Positions 31,744 through 35,886 of a stretch of 35,886 nucleotides of DNA are shown here, one piece after another (position 1 is the first letter of the stretch; the number at the start of each line of letters is the position of its first letter). Under the pieces are notes generated by a model. That model did not search any database. It saw only the letters and a program-made list of their open reading frames with translations, and was not told the DNA's origin. A program made the translations under genes and the position numbers. The DNA comes from Spirochaetales bacterium (GTDB taxonomy: Bacteria; Spirochaetota; Spirochaetia; DTKZ01), in assembly GCA_046719195.1 (NCBI GenBank), contig JBDNDI010000001.1:1-35886 (forward strand), written 5' to 3'.

Positions 31744-33095
31744 TACTTGCCGGTTGTTTTCTTTTGTATACCCTATCCACCTCCTCTGGCGAACAGGGTT
31801 TAGTGCCTGAGCAGCCTTCCTTGATTCAAAAGCAGACTCGCCTATCCCGTTCTGCCCAAAGGCAAAATCAAGAGCTCCTATCAGAGTCGTCTTTACCTGT
31901 ATCTGTATCTCCTTCCAAACAATTTCATGGCGGGCCGGAAGTAATCTCTAAGCATTTTGCCAACCGTCCCGAGGTAGAAGCTAATTTTAAGCGTATCCTT
32001 CAATCTCCCCAGGAACAAATCCGAATACAGGTTGCCCTAAAACGAGCATACCCTTATACCTCATTTATTCGTAGTAAAATTGCTGAATATTCTTTACCCC
32101 CTGAGCTATTTTTTCTTCCTGTGGTAGAATCCATGTACAACCCCTATGCTAGATCTCCTCAAGGAGCGTTGGGAATTTGGCAGTTTATGCACCATAGCAT
32201 GTCCCCCTGGATGATCCAAAACGAATGGGTAGATGAGCGTCGGGATTTTTGGAAATCTACCATTGGTGCCTTGGAGAAGTTATCCCTCAATTACCGGTAT
32301 ACGGAAGACTGGCTTTTAGCTCTTGCTGCTTACAATTGCGGTTTAAACAGAGTGTTAGCTGCTTTGCGTCAATCTCCAGGTTCCTCATTTTGGGATTTGT
32401 CGAAGAAAGGACTCCTCCCTAGAGAAACTAGAGCCTATATTCCCTGGTTTTTAGCTGTAGCCCGCTATGCGACCCATTTAGGCAGAAGAGGAATACCCTT
32501 AACCTGGGAACCTCTCATTGAATGGGTACAAATACCTATCTCTACCCCTATTGATCTTAGAATGCTAGCTAAAAAAGCAGAACTTCCCCTCGAAGTTCTC
32601 CTTTCAGGGAACCGAGAATTAGAATTTTTTATTACTCCACCGGGTCAGTACCAGCTAAAAATTCCCAAAAAATATGAAGAACTTATTCGTTCTGTATTAG
32701 AGATGGAAAAAGAACGTCTTCTTAACTTTATTGTGCATATCGTTCAACCGGGAGATACTCTATATGATCTTTCTCGTCATTATGGGCCCCCTCTTTCTAT
32801 GATCCTACATTACAATCCTAACGTCAGACCTGAAACTTTACAAATCGGTAGACGACTACTGATTCCCAAATTGAAAGACGTGGGGCCCTATGTGCCTCCA
32901 AAAGTACCCCCTAAAGTATCACAGGAGGATTTAGCAGATTCCACCCCCTTTAGTAACTCTTACATGGTAAGAAGTGGGGATAGTCTCTGGTCTATTGCTC
33001 GGATTTTTCAAACTACCGTAGAACGCCTTTCAAAAGAGAACGGCATACAACCTGAAGACCCCATTCATCCTGGGGCAATCCTTAAGGTACCCTAA
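31710..33095 (+). CDS. MltD-like lytic transglycosylase lipoprotein (SLT domain plus two LysM domains)
   Basis: The lipobox is ILAGC. The SLT catalytic region is VVESMYNP...GIWQFM...AAYNCG. Two LysM domains are present (HIVQPGDTLYDLSRHYG; YMVRSGDSLWSIARIF). ATG 31710 has GGAGG 5 nt upstream; the track start GTG 31704 is an alternative. The gene overlaps the upstream gene by 34 nt. Confidence 0.85.
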   Translation: MGRNIFRGKTLILAGCFLLYTLSTSSGEQGLVPEQPSLIQKQTRLSRSAQRQNQELLSESSLPVSVSPSKQFHGGPEVISKHFANRPEVEANFKRILQSPQEQIRIQVALKRAYPYTSFIRSKIAEYSLPPELFFLPVVESMYNPYARSPQGALGIWQFMHHSMSPWMIQNEWVDERRDFWKSTIGALEKLSLNYRYTEDWLLALAAYNCGLNRVLAALRQSPGSSFWDLSKKGLLPRETRAYIPWFLAVARYATHLGRRGIPLTWEPLIEWVQIPISTPIDLRMLAKKAELPLEVLLSGNRELEFFITPPGQYQLKIPKKYEELIRSVLEMEKERLLNFIVHIVQPGDTLYDLSRHYGPPLSMILHYNPNVRPETLQIGRRLLIPKLKDVGPYVPPKVPPKVSQEDLADSTPFSNSYMVRSGDSLWSIARIFQTTVERLSKENGIQPEDPIHPGAILKVP

Positions 33096-33118
33096 AAAGG
33101 AGCCGAAAAGAGTACAGA

Positions 33119-34003
33119 ATGGTACGTAAAGTACTCTTGGGTTGTATTATCTTTTCTCTTGGGTATGTGAATTCCCAACCTTCCTTACCTCTTTCCACTT
33201 CACTTTTTAAGGTGGCAGGTAAAGTAGACTGGATAAAACAAACTTTTATACTGCAGGTTGAGGCACCTCTGCCATCTTCTTCTCCTAATCTACCAGCTGC
33301 ACCGGTAACTGTAAAAAACCGGATACATCAAGCTCTTCCAGAGTTAGTTCCTCGGGGAGCCTCTTCCTTACAAATTGATTCACGCAGGACCCTAGCGGAA
33401 TGGATGGCAGAATCTTCCCTTTATGTATCCCGACTTTTAGAAGCTTCTTTAGAGGGAAGAGAAAGTTTAGTGCAGTATTCCCCCACCCTCTCCAGCCTAC
33501 TTGTCGAATATCTTTTTCCTCTTTTTGAAGTTTTCGGCTCCCGTATTGTGTTACATACCCGCCCCATGGAGATTCCCCATATTCTGCAGTGGGTTCCTTC
33601 TGCTCGCTTCTCCGGCGTTGTTATTTACGCTAAAGGCGAATTACTCCACTACGGAGAAAACCGAAAGCGACGATTAAAACCTGCCCTTTTTCCTCAACTC
33701 TACATGGAGCCTATAGATCCTGTGCTTCTAACCCCTATGGTTGATCCTTCTTACCTCAAACGATGGGGAGTAGCTGCCTACACCGATTCCTTACAAGAAG
33801 GCCCGTTTTTAGAACGGATTGGAAGAACACCTTTGCGAATCTTTGCTACTGGAGTGTTTGGCAAATATCCTACGGATCTAATTATATCGAGGGAGGATGG
33901 TTACACGCTTTTAACTTTACCGGAAAACCGAAGATTATTGCGAGAAGGTAGAATACTAATAGTTACAGATACGGTGCAAGAAGAACTGCTACCGTTTAAT
34001 TAA
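33119..34003 (+). CDS. exported hypothetical protein
   Basis: 294 aa with an N-terminal signal-like segment (VLLGCIIFSLGYVNS). I recognise no family. Confidence 0.65.
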   Translation: MVRKVLLGCIIFSLGYVNSQPSLPLSTSLFKVAGKVDWIKQTFILQVEAPLPSSSPNLPAAPVTVKNRIHQALPELVPRGASSLQIDSRRTLAEWMAESSLYVSRLLEASLEGRESLVQYSPTLSSLLVEYLFPLFEVFGSRIVLHTRPMEIPHILQWVPSARFSGVVIYAKGELLHYGENRKRRLKPALFPQLYMEPIDPVLLTPMVDPSYLKRWGVAAYTDSLQEGPFLERIGRTPLRIFATGVFGKYPTDLIISREDGYTLLTLPENRRLLREGRILIVTDTVQEELLPFN

Positions 34004-34039
34004 AAGAAATCACCCACCCTTAGCCTACAAGACTTGTTA

Positions 34040-34168
34040 GGGGAGCGGTCGGGGGGAAGCATCCAGGTGTAAAAGCGACCTGTCTGAATTGAGTGGTGCT
34101 CTGGGCAGGAAGTAGTAGGTAAAGATAGGCTTGTCAATCCGGTTTCCTGCCCAACCCCGACCGCTCCC
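34040..34168. ncRNA. candidate structured RNA or inverted-repeat element (14-bp GC-rich closing helix around two internal helices)
   Basis: GGGAGCGGTCGGGG (34041-34054) is a perfect complement of CCCCGACCGCTCCC (34155-34168). Internal pairings are 34058-34063 with 34095-34100 (one G-U), 34064-34068 with 34078-34082, and GGGCAGGAA (34103-34111) with TTCCTGCCC (34144-34152). It lies between convergent genes, and the strand is undetermined. Confidence 0.35.
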
Positions 34169-34215
34169 TTTCAAAGAATCGAGGGCATTTCTGATTCCTT
34201 AGGCACGGCTAAAGA

Positions 34216-35868
34216 CTAATAACCATCCGACATAGCACGGTTTTGATCTTTCTTATACAGTTCCGCGTATACATAGCCACGATTTTTTAATTTCTCTTTT
34301 ACCTCTTGGGGGAAGGGTATGTACCTCCAAAAAATATCCCTTACTTCTCGATCTAATTTTTGAGTTCCTTCACTCTCTTTTGTTATCCAAAGAATATAGT
34401 CCTGGATAAAATTCTCACGAACATCACCCTTCATTTTCCGTTCGGTAAACCATTGGTAATACCAGCCGGTTAATCCTTCTTCCATCCAGTAATGTTGGGC
34501 TTTTTCTTTGGCCATTTGCCAGCGCAAATCTCCCATTGCAGCGGCAATGGCAATTTTTAGATCTCTCGGATACATGGGAATTGCGATTCGGCCCCGGCCG
34601 CTTGCCCGATTGAACCGCTCAAAAGGTTCCCAGCATACTCCCATGTCTCCATAACAAGGTATAAGAATTATGTACGGTACTATTCGATTTGTTTGTTGCT
34701 TAAAGGTACGTAAGAATAAACCAGAATCTAGAGCCTCTAAGTCGGCTAATACATTCAATACATTTTCACGAATACCGATTTCCCACAAATTGGGTTTGAG
34801 GTATTGTTTTAACAAAATAGGGAAATGGTTGCCCTGCCTGCCTACACACATTTTTGCCATCTGTCTAAGGGTATTTACCTCTTCGAGTATAACCTTCTGC
34901 TCTACTACCGCTGTTTCGCCTAATTCCTCTTCCTTCTTTTTTGCTTCCTCATAAGCAGCTTTTAGGGAATCTAATTCTAAATGGTAACGGGAAAGATCCT
35001 TACCCAATACAGAGAGCCTGCGTAAAATATCTCCGATTTCCGTAAAGGAGGTTCGCTGCGTCTCGTTATAGGACAACTTTAGCCCAGTAATATCTGGTCG
35101 GCTTTCCCTCTTTCGCAAGGCCACAACACGCTCTAAAAGACGCTCTTCTAGTTGATCCATTTCTTGAGATACCGACTTTACCAACCCAATCTGTGCATCC
35201 AATCGGCCTTTAGCCCGTTCCACCAAGGTGGAGACTTTTTGCCGCTCATTCCGTTGGGATACCTTAGTTTCGTCCTGGGCAGAAGCGCCGATATGGCCAC
35301 AGGCAATTTCATGAAGCCACTCATCCACGTAATAAATGGGTTCTCCTGTCTCATTCTCCCAAATAATTTTGCAAAGCATGCCCCGTTGTTCCGCTGTAAG
35401 CGCAGTAGGCAGAAGAACACCGAATCGCAAAAACACTTTCCGTGGCAAAGGCAAAGCTCCAGCTGCTTTTATGGACATTTTACCCACTAATTCCCAGTAA
35501 GCTGTAATGATACGACTACGTAAATTGGTTCGCTCTTGGGGATCTTGGGTAGTTAAAAAGGCACTGAAATACTGATGAATCCGTTGGGAGACTTCTCCCT
35601 CACCAGCGAGGATAACTTTGTAGAAGTTTTTATCTTCAAATAAAGGTTGAGGTTGACCCTCTATCTGGGATACTTTCTGAAAGGTTTTAGAAGCAAAACC
35701 TTCTCCTTTTACCTCTTCTAAGGGCCCAGGGGTCTCCTCTTCAAAAAGAGCGGTAAAATCCGGGGTGCCTTCTTTATCTTCTTCATCGGAAACGCCGATT
35801 AATTCGGCAATCTCAGGATCGATATTGTTTGTGTTTTTAGGATTAGCTATGGAAGGATCTTCTTTCAT
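34216..35868 (-). CDS. hypothetical protein, 550 aa (acidic disordered N-terminus, central coiled coil, conserved-looking C-terminal globular region)
   Basis: This is a long ORF with normal composition. The N-terminus is rich in D/E/P. Coiled-coil-like segments are present (LEERLLERVVALRKRE; LDSLKAAYEEAKKKEEELGE). I recognise no family. Confidence 0.75.
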   Translation of the reverse strand: MKEDPSIANPKNTNNIDPEIAELIGVSDEEDKEGTPDFTALFEEETPGPLEEVKGEGFASKTFQKVSQIEGQPQPLFEDKNFYKVILAGEGEVSQRIHQYFSAFLTTQDPQERTNLRSRIITAYWELVGKMSIKAAGALPLPRKVFLRFGVLLPTALTAEQRGMLCKIIWENETGEPIYYVDEWLHEIACGHIGASAQDETKVSQRNERQKVSTLVERAKGRLDAQIGLVKSVSQEMDQLEERLLERVVALRKRESRPDITGLKLSYNETQRTSFTEIGDILRRLSVLGKDLSRYHLELDSLKAAYEEAKKKEEELGETAVVEQKVILEEVNTLRQMAKMCVGRQGNHFPILLKQYLKPNLWEIGIRENVLNVLADLEALDSGLFLRTFKQQTNRIVPYIILIPCYGDMGVCWEPFERFNRASGRGRIAIPMYPRDLKIAIAAAMGDLRWQMAKEKAQHYWMEEGLTGWYYQWFTERKMKGDVRENFIQDYILWITKESEGTQKLDREVRDIFWRYIPFPQEVKEKLKNRGYVYAELYKKDQNRAMSDGY

Positions 35869-35886
35869 TTTTGTCTGTAAAGATCG

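Noticed and set aside
34040-34168. Whether the structured element is SRP (4.5S) RNA, 6S RNA, a known riboswitch (TPP, cobalamin, ZTP, c-di-GMP) or a plain terminator
   Set aside because: The SRP domain-IV GGAA tetraloop / GGAAGCAGCC context is absent on both strands. The element is too short and wrongly shaped for 6S. It lacks a B12 box, the CUGAGA/ACCUGAUCUGG TPP motifs and the ZTP pseudoknot motif. Its position between convergent genes excludes a 5' riboswitch, and neither strand has a usable U-tract for a terminator.
1-35886. A scan by eye for CRISPR arrays, long direct or inverted DNA repeats, integrases, transposases, toxin-antitoxin pairs, restriction-modification or other defence systems, and abrupt compositional shifts
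   Set aside because: None were found. Apart from the short motifs listed, the window looks compositionally uniform and core-like. Repeats in the large OmpA gene are visible only at the protein level.

Overview
This 35.9-kb window looks like ordinary chromosomal DNA, densely coding on both strands. It holds about 30 protein genes and one tRNA. I saw no rRNA, CRISPR array, IS element, integrase, prophage or recognisable defence genes. The gene content (type III glutamine synthetase, TRAP transporter, OmpA proteins with FlgD-Ig-like repeats, relaxed lipoboxes, LysM/SLT lipoprotein) weakly suggests a Spirochaetota-like, AT-leaning genome; that is inference only.

Left to right:
- A sigma-54 enhancer-binding protein (5' truncated by the window edge).
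- A candidate sigma-54-driven operon: DUF1537 four-carbon acid-sugar kinase, LarA-family (nickel-pincer) racemase/epimerase homologue, and TRAP transporter DctPQM.
- tRNA(CAT).
- Type III glutamine synthetase with a near-consensus sigma-54 promoter.
- A stand-alone DUF2156 protein.
- Envelope and secreted proteins.
- A Ddl-like ATP-grasp plus GNAT pair, convergent with an AlaX-L editing protein.
- A PhnDCE-type ABC transporter whose permease carries an unusual N-terminal extension and insertion.
- Two TIM-barrel isomerases.
- A dGTPase-like HD protein translationally coupled to a GGDEF cyclase.
- A minus-strand cluster: FAD oxidoreductase, OmpA, DUF89, and a 1049-aa 8-repeat OmpA protein.
- A TPR lipoprotein plus MltD-like lytic transglycosylase.
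- Two uncharacterised proteins flanking a roughly 129-nt multi-helix inverted-repeat element.

Most interesting:
1. The EBP/sigma-54, kinase, LarA-like and TRAP module.
2. A promoter, G-tract leader and intrinsic-terminator unit directly upstream of a lipoprotein gene (attenuator or sRNA).
3. The structured element at 34040-34168.
4. The ATP-grasp/GNAT pair.
5. The dGTPase-like/GGDEF coupling.

All functional calls rest on motifs I can read in the translations. No database search was run.
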